A stretch of 64,000 nt of DNA from a virus (Duplodnaviria; Caudoviricetes): IMG/VR virus record IMGVR_UViG_3300025435_000018, positions 1,691-65,690 of that record; one strand, written 5' to 3'. Within the stretch, counting starts at the first letter, position 1, and every line of letters begins with the position of its first letter. Below the pieces are notes generated by a model, which was given only the letters and a program-made list of their open reading frames with translations, had not been told where the DNA came from and ran no database searches. Below, piece by piece: positions 10,056 through 19,533 of this stretch. Both the position numbers and the translations under genes were made by a program.

Positions 10056-10371
10056 GTTGAGATTTCTTAATACTTTTTACTGCTTGAGTAAGCGTGTCTG
10101 CGTAGTTAAGTGCCTGCTGTTCACTCATGCAAATAGTTGCTTCATATTCCACGTAACCACGTGTAAGCAAACGCCAGATCTGTCGCCAACGATTTAGTTC
10201 CCACCACTGGCTTTTTACCTGTGTGTAGATGTTGACCTGCACACCAGTATCATCGGCCTCAACCCAAACATTGTGATCATGTTCAGGATCGCCGCAATCG
10301 CATACAACTCCAAACAAGGCAGCATCGTCCCAAGTTTTACGAACATAAACACCTTCAATTGCCTGCTTCAT
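10042..10371 (-). CDS. hypothetical protein
   Basis: Coupled ORF; CDC..H motif. Confidence 0.75.
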   Translation of the reverse strand: MKQAIEGVYVRKTWDDAALFGVVCDCGDPEHDHNVWVEADDTGVQVNIYTQVKSQWWELNRWRQIWRLLTRGYVEYEATICMSEQQALNYADTLTQAVKSIKKSQLDPK

Positions 10372-10799
10372 AGTCGTCCCTGTGCTTTCATTCTGTCAAT
10401 CATCTTGTTGGCAAATGTCTGCCCCATTTTGTCTGCATCCGCTGCTTCCTGTAGCTCATAGTCAGGTCCTGCCATGACGTGTGTGCCGTTGATTAAAAAG
10501 ATATGATCTTTCCAACGCTGTTTGAGATGTTCACGAATCTCATCCACTGTGCGCCCTTGTGCTAGGAAGGCATCACTTTCTTCATCAAACCAGTAGATTA
10601 CATCTTTATGTTTTTCCTGCTTGACACCGTGCATGATCTTGCTCAAGGTTGCAACCATTTCTTCACGTAGCTCTCCTGCTTCTTCTACCGCTGCTCGCAG
10701 GTCAATGACCCAACGAATGGCCCTAAACACAAAGAACCAAAACATACTCCATACTGCCAGGTCCAGTAACCAAGCGCCAAATGCCATGAGATCTTCCAT
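10368..10799 (-). CDS. hypothetical membrane-anchored protein
   Basis: N-terminal hydrophobic helix; AAGGAG SD. Confidence 0.75.
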   Translation of the reverse strand: MEDLMAFGAWLLDLAVWSMFWFFVFRAIRWVIDLRAAVEEAGELREEMVATLSKIMHGVKQEKHKDVIYWFDEESDAFLAQGRTVDEIREHLKQRWKDHIFLINGTHVMAGPDYELQEAADADKMGQTFANKMIDRMKAQGRL

Positions 10800-10808
10800 T
10801 ACTACTCC

Positions 10809-11681
10809 TTAGATGTCAAAACCTTCAGTTGGATCAAAAACTTCTGCCCGTTGCTCATACATTTTATAACCACGTGGGTTACAAATGACCTCACAGTCGC
10901 CAACCCGATAACGGAATGGTTCGTGTGTATGACCATGTGTCCAGAACTTGATTTCTGGATTTTCTAAAATGAATTCTTCAAGATCACTACTGTAGGCACC
11001 GTTCATGATTGTATCGTGTGCGTATCGTGGATGAGTGCTCTGCTTGCTGGGACTGTGATGTGTCACAACCACAACCGGCTTGGGATTGGCACTCTGACGA
11101 TTTTCACTCAGAACGTGCCTAAAGTACTGCTTGGTCTTGACATGCTGTTCAACTGTGTATTCTGGAGTCAGCTTGTGATAAATGTGCTTGGCTTCATTCA
11201 GCATGGTGATGTGACGGTAGTCGTTCATCATGCTTTTCATGTGATACATGGTAAGCTGATCCATGTTGTTCATGTCAGTCCACAGTGTGGCACCCAAAAA
11301 CAATACCCCATCCAGTTCAAATGTTTCGTTTTCAAGCAGATGGATGTTGCCGGGCAACTGTGCTCGAACATGCTCAAATGTCTTGTGGTAAGTAGATCCA
11401 TAGTGTTCGTGATTACCAAACACATAGATGACCTCACGATACTTGCTGCATTCTTCTTCAAGAAAGCGATAGTAACGATCAATTCTACGATCATCACGCC
11501 CACCCTCTACTAGTATCTTTTTCATGTCTGGATGTGCAGCCATGAATTCAGGAGTCTTGTACAAGTCCTTTTTGATACTTTTTGCTTCACACAAGTCGCC
11601 GCTCAAGATTAGTACATCACCGCCCGGCAGAGTCAAGTCTGCAAAGTCAAGATGTAGATCACTCATTACACTTACACGCAT
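10809..11681 (-). CDS. calcineurin-like metallophosphoesterase
   Basis: SDLH, GD, GNHE, THH and GHTH motifs. Confidence 0.93.
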   Translation of the reverse strand: MRVSVMSDLHLDFADLTLPGGDVLILSGDLCEAKSIKKDLYKTPEFMAAHPDMKKILVEGGRDDRRIDRYYRFLEEECSKYREVIYVFGNHEHYGSTYHKTFEHVRAQLPGNIHLLENETFELDGVLFLGATLWTDMNNMDQLTMYHMKSMMNDYRHITMLNEAKHIYHKLTPEYTVEQHVKTKQYFRHVLSENRQSANPKPVVVVTHHSPSKQSTHPRYAHDTIMNGAYSSDLEEFILENPEIKFWTHGHTHEPFRYRVGDCEVICNPRGYKMYEQRAEVFDPTEGFDI

Positions 11682-11727
11682 ATCTATTCCTATAATATAC
11701 TTATTATAGCATAACTGTCATTAGTGG

Positions 11728-12375
11728 TCAATCCCAAAGACTGCTGTAGTACTTGCCAAACAGTCGCAGTCCATTTTGTTTGCGTTCACGCCAAGCATCC
11801 AACCCTTCTTGGTCAATACGGATTGCACTAATTTGGGCATTGAGTCCGGTACTATGGTCCACAGCACTGTGATCAAAAAACTGAGATTCTGCATCATCGT
11901 CCACAATCTGCTCAAAGGTCCAAATTATTTCATCCAAGACCCATTCCCAGCGTTCATGTATGGTGTTGTCAGTGTAGTGATTGCTGGGACCTGCATCTTC
12001 GGTAGGGATCAAATGATCTGGTACATCACTGTAGTCAACCATGCCTGAACCGTGTTTGGTTTCTTTCAGCTTTTTCAAGAGTGGCAAAGTAATCAAGGCC
12101 AAGGTGTGTTCTGCGTTCCAGTGATCATAGTAATCCAACTTGATTTTTACGCGGCGCCGGCGGCGTTCGTAAATCCAATTGCAAAAATGTGTGAGCCGGC
12201 TGTCTTTGCCGTGTCGGTCTTTGGACAACCAATCACCAAACCAATCGTGTAGGCGGTAGTCCCAACGTTCGGTCAACTTGTCATTGTCGGGGTATTTTTC
12301 AACCCAAAAGAAGATGGCATCAGCAATTTGATATGGTCCCCAATGATTGAGGTAAGGTCCAATAGAAACTTTCAT
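11728..12375 (-). CDS. conserved phage hypothetical protein
   Basis: 215 aa; W.WVLDEIIWTF...GLRLFGKYY..LWD; leaderless promoter. Confidence 0.8.
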   Translation of the reverse strand: MKVSIGPYLNHWGPYQIADAIFFWVEKYPDNDKLTERWDYRLHDWFGDWLSKDRHGKDSRLTHFCNWIYERRRRRVKIKLDYYDHWNAEHTLALITLPLLKKLKETKHGSGMVDYSDVPDHLIPTEDAGPSNHYTDNTIHERWEWVLDEIIWTFEQIVDDDAESQFFDHSAVDHSTGLNAQISAIRIDQEGLDAWRERKQNGLRLFGKYYSSLWD

Positions 12376-12395
12376 AGTGTATTATAATTTGTGTG

Positions 12396-12674
12396 TCAAC
12401 TTTGATATTTAAGCAAAAATAGTAAATATTTCTGCTCATCTACAATCTTAGCTTCGGGCGCATATCCAATACCACCAAATTCACCAATGGTGACAGCAAG
12501 CTCTACCCCAAATTCATCCAACACATAGTTTGCAATTTCAAATGGGTCAGTAATGTTTGCTGGCTTGGCTCTGCGTAGACAGCGCCAAAACGTCACGTGG
12601 CTACGATCCAAAATCGTGTCTATACGATCATCTGGTGTAGCGTAAAGATTTTTCAAACTGTCGTCGTTGTCCAT
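12396..12674 (-). CDS. small protein, FxL[KR]W/Y-terminal family
   Basis: Ends IVDEQKYLLFLLKYQS. Confidence 0.7.
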   Translation of the reverse strand: MDNDDSLKNLYATPDDRIDTILDRSHVTFWRCLRRAKPANITDPFEIANYVLDEFGVELAVTIGEFGGIGYAPEAKIVDEQKYLLFLLKYQS

Positions 12675-12934
12675 TTTAATGCAAACATAGTGGCATCGGC
12701 GTCACGTCGGAATGTGAATATCAAGTCGGCCTCGGCCTCGTCATCTTCATCTTCCAACTCTTGGTCATCTTCAGGCAACTCGGGCCAGTCGTCATAGTAG
12801 AACCAATCTTCAATGCCCAACCAAGTATTCTTATTGGTACGATGACTGCCCAGGCCAATGTTGTCGCGTAGCCATGCTTCCATTTCAATCATGCGCTCAT
12901 CATCGGGTCTACGGATTCGAATTTCTGTTGCCAT
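12653..12934 (-). CDS. small protein, FxL[KR]W-terminal family
   Basis: WLRDNIG...FTFRRDADATMFALKW. Confidence 0.75.
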   Translation of the reverse strand: MATEIRIRRPDDERMIEMEAWLRDNIGLGSHRTNKNTWLGIEDWFYYDDWPELPEDDQELEDEDDEAEADLIFTFRRDADATMFALKWTTTTV

Positions 12935-12935
12935 G

Positions 12936-13250
12936 TCAGCTCCACTTTAAAATAAATGCAGTTAAATCTTTTTTGTTTTGAAACCAAAACTCTTGGCCAA
13001 TCAGTCTATATCCGCCAGTGGAGTTGAGGTGAATCCATTCAACTACTTCGTCGAGACAATAAGCAAATGGCCAAGTAAACTTGCGTGTGGTAAACGGTGC
13101 CTTGGACCAACTGTCGTCCACTATCAGTTCTTTTGAACTGAGCAGTGCGTGTTCCATTTTGAGCATCGCTTGTTCCATTTCTCGTGTCATTGCTTCGGTC
13201 AGAATTTTGGAGAATTCTTCATCAAGTGTGAGTTCTTTCATTTTGCCCAT
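12936..13250 (-). CDS. small protein, FxL[KR]W-terminal family
   Basis: EWIHLN...FWFQNKKDLTAFILKWS. Confidence 0.75.
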   Translation of the reverse strand: MGKMKELTLDEEFSKILTEAMTREMEQAMLKMEHALLSSKELIVDDSWSKAPFTTRKFTWPFAYCLDEVVEWIHLNSTGGYRLIGQEFWFQNKKDLTAFILKWS

Positions 13251-13275
13251 AGTGTATTATAGCATCAAACGCCGT

Positions 13276-13557
13276 TTAAGTCAAGTTGGTATTATTCATG
13301 ATGTTCCACATGTCCAATTTCTCTCTTAGCAGTCGATTTTCTCGCTCTAGCTGTTTTATATCAGACTTGGAGTCATTATAGAGTTCTTTGTAGTATTCGG
13401 CATTTTCTTCGGCTTCACTTAACTGATCCTCCAATTCAATTCTTCTTATTGTGGACTGAGCGATCACAATTTCGCACAGACGTCGTACCAGAGGATCGGT
13501 GCTGGTTAGATCAAGATAGCTTAACAGTTCTTCGTCTACGAGATGATTGGTCTTCAT
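13276..13557 (-). CDS. hypothetical coiled-coil protein
   Basis: Start moved to MKTNH (GGAG SD). Confidence 0.65.
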   Translation of the reverse strand: MKTNHLVDEELLSYLDLTSTDPLVRRLCEIVIAQSTIRRIELEDQLSEAEENAEYYKELYNDSKSDIKQLERENRLLREKLDMWNIMNNTNLT

Positions 13558-13666
13558 GCCAACTCCATGATGTGATATTGTGAGTAGGGATAGTTGTCCT
13601 GTAGCCATTCCAACAGTCCAGGTTCCCAAGGCAGTTGAATATTGCCCATGCGATTAGTAATACACT

Positions 13667-14032
13667 TCATTGTACCAATGCCTTTACAGTTTCATAACGT
13701 TTAATAGCTTCTTCTACCGCGGCCCAAGCATCTTGCACAGCTGGAATCTCAGAATGAGTTCCTCGTGCTCGATATCCAGGACGAATCTTTATGCTGGGTG
13801 GATCTGCATCAACCCAATGCTCTGGATCTGCATCTGTCCAGTAGTAGACTATGGCACTATCTCGCATATCACTGTAGTCATACCAACCATCGGACTTGCG
13901 ATCATACCACATATAGCCATTGGCGTGATCGTAGTCACTCATGCCGCCCATGCCAAATCCACGATAGCTGAGATAGTAGCCACTCTTAGCCGGTGACTGT
14001 TCTTCTGTACGATACCAAATACTAGTTCTCAT
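13667..14032 (-). CDS. hypothetical protein
   Basis: Start moved to MRTSIW (GAGGT SD). Confidence 0.65.
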   Translation of the reverse strand: MRTSIWYRTEEQSPAKSGYYLSYRGFGMGGMSDYDHANGYMWYDRKSDGWYDYSDMRDSAIVYYWTDADPEHWVDADPPSIKIRPGYRARGTHSEIPAVQDAWAAVEEAIKRYETVKALVQ

Positions 14033-14279
14033 CTGCCAACACCTCAAAAAGTTCTGCATACTCCACGTGGGGTTCCATGTGAAACCCTTTGCCCCAAACT
14101 GCCCAGAAACGCTGCTTGTAAATCTTACGCAACCAAACACGCTTGCCGCTGATTGTCTTTACTGGCCAAAATGCAAACACTTCGCGCCAAGGATAGCAGT
14201 CTGCGCCATTGTATATTCGTTGTGTTATTTCCATACCGCCGGGCGCCAATTTGCCTGCTCCACTGTAACTCACGACCAC
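14022..14279 (-). CDS. hypothetical protein (start uncertain)
   Basis: WREVFAFWPVKT..G..VWL pattern typical of small phage proteins. Confidence 0.65.
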   Translation of the reverse strand: MVVSYSGAGKLAPGGMEITQRIYNGADCYPWREVFAFWPVKTISGKRVWLRKIYKQRFWAVWGKGFHMEPHVEYAELFEVLADEN

Positions 14280-14500
14280 CTCAATACAAATTCAGTCAGC
14301 GTTGCCTCATCCTTGATCACCACTGTCATGCCCTGTGTCACAGAATCTCGCGCTTGACACCAAGCTGCCAACTCATCTGAGTGCTGGGCCCAATAACGAT
14401 AATCAGTCAGCACAATCAAGTGTACACCATCATCCACCAGCTCGCGTGGTGCAATGATGAATCGATTCTGCTTCCATTCAGCGAATACGTCATCACTCAT
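14270..14500 (-). CDS. small protein, FxL[KR]W-terminal family
   Basis: AWC...IKDEATLTEFVLRWS. Confidence 0.75.
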   Translation of the reverse strand: MSDDVFAEWKQNRFIIAPRELVDDGVHLIVLTDYRYWAQHSDELAAWCQARDSVTQGMTVVIKDEATLTEFVLRWS

Positions 14501-14858
14501 CTGCGTAGTCTCGGTTTAATACTGAAAGAATGATCTGTTGTTCCATAGTATGCACAAACTGTTCTGCTTGCGCTCTAGTTTCAAACGCAACACCACTAAG
14601 TGGCAATATGTGATCAAGAAATAATCTTGCCGGAGAATACCGGTGTTCTTCTACCAGTATTCGTTCAATAATCATCACACCATGATTTATACCAGTGAAT
14701 GCTACTTGCCGTGAATTGGTATCCCAAGCAGCGGCCCACATTTTATCCAATGCCTTTGAATCAGGTTTGCCAACAGTGCCATGTCCTTCCCAGGATACAC
14801 TCCATTGAAACTCACGGTAGTCGATGTCACGGATTTTGAAAAGGTCACTGACTATCAT
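14493..14858 (-). CDS. hypothetical protein
   Basis: Coupled ORF in the early operon. Confidence 0.65.
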   Translation of the reverse strand: MIVSDLFKIRDIDYREFQWSVSWEGHGTVGKPDSKALDKMWAAAWDTNSRQVAFTGINHGVMIIERILVEEHRYSPARLFLDHILPLSGVAFETRAQAEQFVHTMEQQIILSVLNRDYADE

Positions 14859-15082
14859 AGATACTTCAATCTAAACAGAGTTTCCATTGCATCATTGTAG
14901 AAGTCAAGGTAGATGATTTCTTGTGAGCCATGTTGGTGCAAATATGTCTTGTGATAGCGTGTTGTGAATCCTAGTTCACGCTTCATGGTTTCACGTATCA
15001 TAAACACACTGGGCTTCCAGTGATATTCTTCATAAATCTTGACGCGGATCTTCGCCCATTCTCTAGCGGTTAGTGTAATCAT
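14855..15082 (-). CDS. small protein, FxL[KR]W/Y-terminal family
   Basis: Ends LDFYNDAMETLFRLKYL. Confidence 0.7.
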   Translation of the reverse strand: MITLTAREWAKIRVKIYEEYHWKPSVFMIRETMKRELGFTTRYHKTYLHQHGSQEIIYLDFYNDAMETLFRLKYL

Positions 15083-16232
15083 ATGCTACCATCTTTGACA
15101 AAGCCAAAACAACATTAGTTCCGCCAAATGCAAAACTGTTGTTTAGACAAACTTGTTGTTTACAATCAATTACAGTAGTTGGCAAGTTAATGCCCTCCGG
15201 GATCGCTGGATCCGGGTTGTTTAGATTCCAATTTGGAATGATTCGATCTTGCTCAAGTGTTGCCAAACAGGCAATCAATTCCATTGCGCCTGAACAGCCC
15301 AGCAGGTGTCCGTGTAGGGCCTTTGTTGAGCTGATGGGAACACCCTTTGGTAAAATTTTATCTATGCTGTGCAACTCTACTAGATCTCCAATGGGAGTAC
15401 CTGTGCCATGTGCGTTCACATAGGTAACACCAGCAGGATCTATGCCTTTCAATGCCTGTGTGATTGCTGCTATTTGTCCTGCTTCACTGGGCTTGGTTAA
15501 CGTCTCGCTACCACAGCTGATGCCATATCCACAAATTTCTGCGTAGATTTTTGCACCACGTGCCACAGCGCGATCCATGCTTTCTAAGATGTAGATCACG
15601 CTGCCTTCACCTAGGATAATACCGTCACGGTCAGCACCAAATGGTCTTGAGTCTGTGCCCAAGGCTCGCATGGCACGCCATTGTTCGATCAGTAGGGGAC
15701 TTAGACAAAACTCACTGCCGCCTGCCGCCATTACATCAACTTCGCCTGACCGAATAGCTCGGTATGCTTCGCCAATGCTGACACTGCTACTGGCGCAGGC
15801 TGCGCTGTGTGTAAACACAGGACCTGTGATGTTGTCTCGTGTTGCAACAAAGCTGGCGCCACCACTGCTCATTGAGCTGACTAGACTGTTAGGACGAACA
15901 CGCCCACGTTCGTTAAATTCTGTAATGGCCCGGTTGACCTCGTATGCTGCACCGGCACCTGTACCAAGATAAAAACCATCTACATCTGTGCCAGCATCTG
16001 TTTTGGCCTGTTGGTACGCAATCCAGGCAGCACGTCCAAAGCGATCTGTTGCTGCCATGTCATAACGGTCAAACTGTGCGTCAATGTCTAAGGTGACCTT
16101 GGCAACACGAGCCTTGACATTGTCACCATACTGGATGCCGCTGTGACCAGCGTACATGGCAGCGACAATCTCTTGGTAACTGTTGCCCAAGGGACTGACT
16201 GCTCCAACTCCAGTAATGACCACACGATTCAT
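15063..16232 (-). CDS. fabF: beta-ketoacyl-ACP synthase (FabF/FabB family)
   Basis: MNRVVITGVG start; catalytic triad intact (ACASS, NAHGTGT, GHLLG); NSFAFGGTN. Confidence 0.95.
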   Translation of the reverse strand: MNRVVITGVGAVSPLGNSYQEIVAAMYAGHSGIQYGDNVKARVAKVTLDIDAQFDRYDMAATDRFGRAAWIAYQQAKTDAGTDVDGFYLGTGAGAAYEVNRAITEFNERGRVRPNSLVSSMSSGGASFVATRDNITGPVFTHSAACASSSVSIGEAYRAIRSGEVDVMAAGGSEFCLSPLLIEQWRAMRALGTDSRPFGADRDGIILGEGSVIYILESMDRAVARGAKIYAEICGYGISCGSETLTKPSEAGQIAAITQALKGIDPAGVTYVNAHGTGTPIGDLVELHSIDKILPKGVPISSTKALHGHLLGCSGAMELIACLATLEQDRIIPNWNLNNPDPAIPEGINLPTTVIDCKQQVCLNNSFAFGGTNVVLALSKMVAYDYTNR

Positions 16233-16984
16233 TTTGCGATAGCCTTTATAAACTGCGCCGCATAATCCACTTCCCACCAACGTTCGCGTTGATTCCACTG
16301 TTGCGGATTAGCATGATGATTGTTGTGCCATTCGCCAATGACAACTGCCACGTAACTGTTACTGCTGTCATCACGTGTCTCATGATTACGATATGTAGTC
16401 ACGCCCTGTGTATGACATACAGTATTGACAAAGCCCATGGCCAACAATGCACCCACAGTACCAATATTATAACACCAAACGAGATTTGTGTCAATTGTGT
16501 ACAAAACTAGTGTAAACAAAATAATTACCAGCGTGTAGTAATCGTGTGTGAACTTGATCCAAGGGTCACGTAGTTCTTTGAACACGTTCCACATGGTAAG
16601 GTGTTCAAGTCGCCAGTTAAAGAATATGATGTTGAAAAAGCCTAGATATTTTTGAGCATGTGGATCTAGTTCAGTGTCTGTGTGTACATGGTGTGCTCGG
16701 TGTATTACACTATATCCGGCTGGTGATCCAAAGCAGACTAGACAACTGGACAAGCAGAGAAACGCATGCCAGAACCTGTTGACTTGATAACTGCGATGTG
16801 CAAAATATCTGTGCAGGCCTGCATGATGTCCAATAAACAGTAAGAAACTGTAAAAGCCCAGAATGTAAAGTGCATAGTACCATTGCCAGTGCAGTGCCAA
16901 CGCAGGCACACTGATCAAAGTGACTAGCAACTGTGTGACCATGACCTGTTTGGTATGTCTGGGATCCGCTTGGAAGATCATCAT
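16229..16984 (-). CDS. membrane fatty-acyl desaturase (delta-9-like)
   Basis: Three His boxes (HRYFAH, HRAHH, EWHNNHH); TM helices; W..D motif. Confidence 0.93.
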   Translation of the reverse strand: MMIFQADPRHTKQVMVTQLLVTLISVPALALHWQWYYALYILGFYSFLLFIGHHAGLHRYFAHRSYQVNRFWHAFLCLSSCLVCFGSPAGYSVIHRAHHVHTDTELDPHAQKYLGFFNIIFFNWRLEHLTMWNVFKELRDPWIKFTHDYYTLVIILFTLVLYTIDTNLVWCYNIGTVGALLAMGFVNTVCHTQGVTTYRNHETRDDSSNSYVAVVIGEWHNNHHANPQQWNQRERWWEVDYAAQFIKAIAK

Positions 16985-17244
16985 TTTTTGCTGTTCACTG
17001 CCTGTGTAAGGCTATCAATGATTTCTGCTAGGTTAGCAGGTTGGCTCATGTCATTGTTGTTTACCTTGATGCCAAGTTCGTCTTCAACATCAAAGATCAA
17101 CTCAATCACCGCCATTGAATCAACCTTGGGATTAAGGTCCTTGAGTTCGGCCAAGGGTGCGTCTTCTGCAAACGTGTCCAAGTCCAATTGGTATTTTTCT
17201 CTGCTGACTTTTAACAGTACAGCCTTAACTTGATCTCTTGTCAT
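16981..17244 (-). CDS. acpP: acyl carrier protein
   Basis: Acidic 87 aa; VDSMAVIELIFDVEDELGI carries the phosphopantetheine Ser. Confidence 0.92.
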   Translation of the reverse strand: MTRDQVKAVLLKVSREKYQLDLDTFAEDAPLAELKDLNPKVDSMAVIELIFDVEDELGIKVNNNDMSQPANLAEIIDSLTQAVNSKK

Positions 17245-17253
17245 GTGTTTTCC

Positions 17254-17517
17254 TTAGTTAAAATTAACATGTCCACTCCATTTGAGTTGATGAAAGGTAT
17301 AGTCTTGTTCTTTAAGCTCACCACGCACCACGCATTTATAGCCATAAGTGTTCATGTCAGGCACAATGTTGTACACTGGTTCTCGTACACAATGTGCCAT
17401 GCACCATTGGCCATAATCTGTGCATTGCCACTCCCACAAGGGTTGGGCAGCATACAGCTCGGGGTCTTCGACATCCGCCATGCTAAACTTATACAGCGTG
17501 GTGGTTATTGTAGCCAT
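17254..17517 (-). CDS. small protein, FxL[KR]W-terminal family
   Basis: DVEDPELYAA.PL..W...GQW...ends YTFHQLKWS. Confidence 0.75.
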   Translation of the reverse strand: MATITTTLYKFSMADVEDPELYAAQPLWEWQCTDYGQWCMAHCVREPVYNIVPDMNTYGYKCVVRGELKEQDYTFHQLKWSGHVNFN

Positions 17518-17684
17518 TTAAGTGCGAAATGTGTTGCGTCTTGGGCATTGTTAAATTTGAATGTATAGACAGGGTCATTGCCCATCATGCCAAGATCCAA
17601 ATTCCACGTTGCGCCAATATTTTCGTTTGCCCACTCGCCAGCAGCCAGTGCAAGGTCGACACCCCGGATAGTTACAGAACTCAT
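17505..17684 (-). CDS. small protein, FxL[KR]W-terminal family
   Basis: Leaderless start MSSVT; EWANENIG...FKFNNAQDATHFALKW. Confidence 0.75.
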   Translation of the reverse strand: MSSVTIRGVDLALAAGEWANENIGATWNLDLGMMGNDPVYTFKFNNAQDATHFALKWLQ

Positions 17685-17715
17685 GTCACTATTATAACAC
17701 ATATTTGATTATTTG

Positions 17716-18087
17716 TCAAATGTTCTTATTTTTGAGTGTGTTCCAAACCCGCATCTTTTCCCTACATTCGGCTTCCAATTTTTTGTATTGTTCACTTAGG
17801 GCACGTAGTTCATCAAACTGGCCTTCCAACTCGGGATTTGGAACCAGTAGGCCAAGTCGGTCTTGGATCAACTTGAGTGTGGCAGAGAGGCTAACACCGT
17901 TTATGGTAATGTCAGCATTGTCACCTTTGAGGTCCACACGACCACTTTGATTCACAGACATTGCGTTGGGCATAGTGGCACTGGTAGTCCACGTTGGTGC
18001 AAAGGTGGTTGCCGATGTAGTGGCAGGTGTAATGGTAATGTTACCGTAGGGGCTTGAGTAAGTAGATGGATTTATATAGTAGCTCAT
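17716..18087 (-). CDS. hypothetical protein
   Basis: Thr-rich N-terminus and coiled-coil C-terminus; promoter directly upstream. Confidence 0.75.
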   Translation of the reverse strand: MSYYINPSTYSSPYGNITITPATTSATTFAPTWTTSATMPNAMSVNQSGRVDLKGDNADITINGVSLSATLKLIQDRLGLLVPNPELEGQFDELRALSEQYKKLEAECREKMRVWNTLKNKNI

Positions 18088-18137
18088 AGCACATAGTATA
18101 ACAAAGTACTAGACTTTGTCAACTATTTTGAGCCGTG

Positions 18138-18161
18138 AAAAAGCCCACTTAGTGGGCTTTT
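18138..18161. terminator. intrinsic terminator (bidirectional)
   Basis: AAAAAGCCCAC-TTA-GTGGGCTTTT. Confidence 0.8.
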
Positions 18162-18163
18162 GT

Positions 18164-18319
18164 TTACTTGCCTGCTGCCTTTGGCTTTGGTGCTACAGGA
18201 GCTTTGGTCTTCTGTGCTGTTGCAGGTGCTGCAACATAGACCTTGGTCTTTGGTGCTGTTACCGGACTTGCCACTTCTGTGTTGGCTTTTGGTTTTGGTA
18301 GTGTTGCTGGTTGTGTCAT
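18164..18319 (-). CDS. 51-aa Pro/Ala/Lys/Thr-rich peptide
   Basis: Not in ORF track: MTQPATLPKPKANTEVASPVTAPKTKVYVAAPATAQKTKAPVAPKPKAAGK; AGGA SD; terminator follows. Confidence 0.6.
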   Translation of the reverse strand: MTQPATLPKPKANTEVASPVTAPKTKVYVAAPATAQKTKAPVAPKPKAAGK

Positions 18320-18321
18320 GA

Positions 18322-18564
18322 TTATTTTCCTAATGAAGTTGCTACTGTACGGTCAAATCCTGCTGCTGTTGCAGGAACCACTGTGACTGCTGGGCGTGGT
18401 GCTTGTACGATTGCTGCCACTGTTGAAACTGCTGCCTTAGTGAGTACTGCTGTTGCTACTGCTGTGGTTTCTACTGTACCTTGCCCGCGAGTTACCGAGG
18501 TCAATGTCACTGCCGGTGCAGCTACAACAACCTTGTTCTTTTGTGATACTTCTCTATCTGCCAT
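18322..18564 (-). CDS. 80-aa Ala/Val/Thr-rich protein
   Basis: AAAGGA SD; TAAATA late element upstream. Confidence 0.65.
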   Translation of the reverse strand: MADREVSQKNKVVVAAPAVTLTSVTRGQGTVETTAVATAVLTKAAVSTVAAIVQAPRPAVTVVPATAAGFDRTVATSLGK

Positions 18565-18607
18565 GGGATATCCTTTGATGTTATTTTATATTTATTGTAA
18601 ACTCAAA

Positions 18608-18631
18608 GAAAAACCCGCCGAAGCGGGTTTT
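18608..18631 (-). terminator. intrinsic terminator (UUCG-loop family)
   Basis: AACCCGC-TTCG-GCGGGTTTT; same core at about 31273, 49268 and 49717. Confidence 0.85.
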
Positions 18632-18650
18632 GGATTAACTGTGCAGTTAA

Positions 18651-18917
18651 TTAAACAAGGCCCAATGCCATTGCTTTGTAACCAGCTGCAACGATCTTGC
18701 GGCTTGCTTTACCATGACGGTATTCAGTAACTGTAACACCGTTACCTGCTACACGCTTGTTGGCGTAGATTGCAAAACCTTCTTGACGGATACGGCTTGC
18801 TTCTGCGCTCAAGTTGCCAATGCCAAAACGCTTTTTGGCTTCTGCGGGAGTCAATGTTTCGCCATTCAAGACCAATGCTTTGAATGCTTTACCAGTTTTT
18901 GTTTCCATGTTAATCAT
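18651..18917 (-). CDS. putative winged helix-turn-helix DNA-binding protein
   Basis: LTPAEAKKRFGIGNLSAEASRIRQEGFAI pattern; own promoter and terminator. Confidence 0.65.
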   Translation of the reverse strand: MINMETKTGKAFKALVLNGETLTPAEAKKRFGIGNLSAEASRIRQEGFAIYANKRVAGNGVTVTEYRHGKASRKIVAAGYKAMALGLV

Positions 18918-19005
18918 TTTAAAGTTCCTATAAAGTATGTGCCGCTAATGTTGTGCAGCTAATATCTATTGTAATGTGTTTGTTACACAAATGCAAGAGT
19001 CAATT

Positions 19006-19533
19006 TTACCAATCTTGTTCATTGTAGGGCAAGACGTTCCAACCTAAGGCAAGTAGGTCAGCTTCAATTTCCTCTGTGACCGCACCTTCTGGTACATAGT
19101 GTGTTTTGTCGTAGAGATAGAGTTCCTGTTGCTCCTTGGTCATAGCGTAAAACTCTTCATCTGTCACGTCACCACGAATACCACTACAGTACCAATCCAA
19201 GTAGTCGCCTGATCCCAGCATGTCGGCTACAATTCCGCCAGCATAGCGCCAGCTGCAATGCCATAATTTGTCTGTGAGAATCTGCATGACGTCACGCTTT
19301 TGGAAGTCGTTGTTGCAGAGTGCCGCATAAAGATTTTGGGCATAAGACTTGCTACCACGTGCCTTGTTTAAAATCCATTCTGTTGTACGTAGATCGTACT
19401 CAAGATTGTTCGCTTGCCAAGTAGGATCTGCTTCATAGTCTAATTGCTGCTCTGCGGATGATTTAAACAGGTCTTCGTATGCCTTAGGTAATTTGGCTTT
19501 GTGCCGTTCACGGTCCGGACTAGTGCTGATCAT
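19006..19533 (-). CDS. conserved phage hypothetical protein
   Basis: YAQNLYAALCNN..SWRYAGGIVAD...DYLDWYCSG. Confidence 0.8.
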   Translation of the reverse strand: MISTSPDRERHKAKLPKAYEDLFKSSAEQQLDYEADPTWQANNLEYDLRTTEWILNKARGSKSYAQNLYAALCNNDFQKRDVMQILTDKLWHCSWRYAGGIVADMLGSGDYLDWYCSGIRGDVTDEEFYAMTKEQQELYLYDKTHYVPEGAVTEEIEADLLALGWNVLPYNEQDW

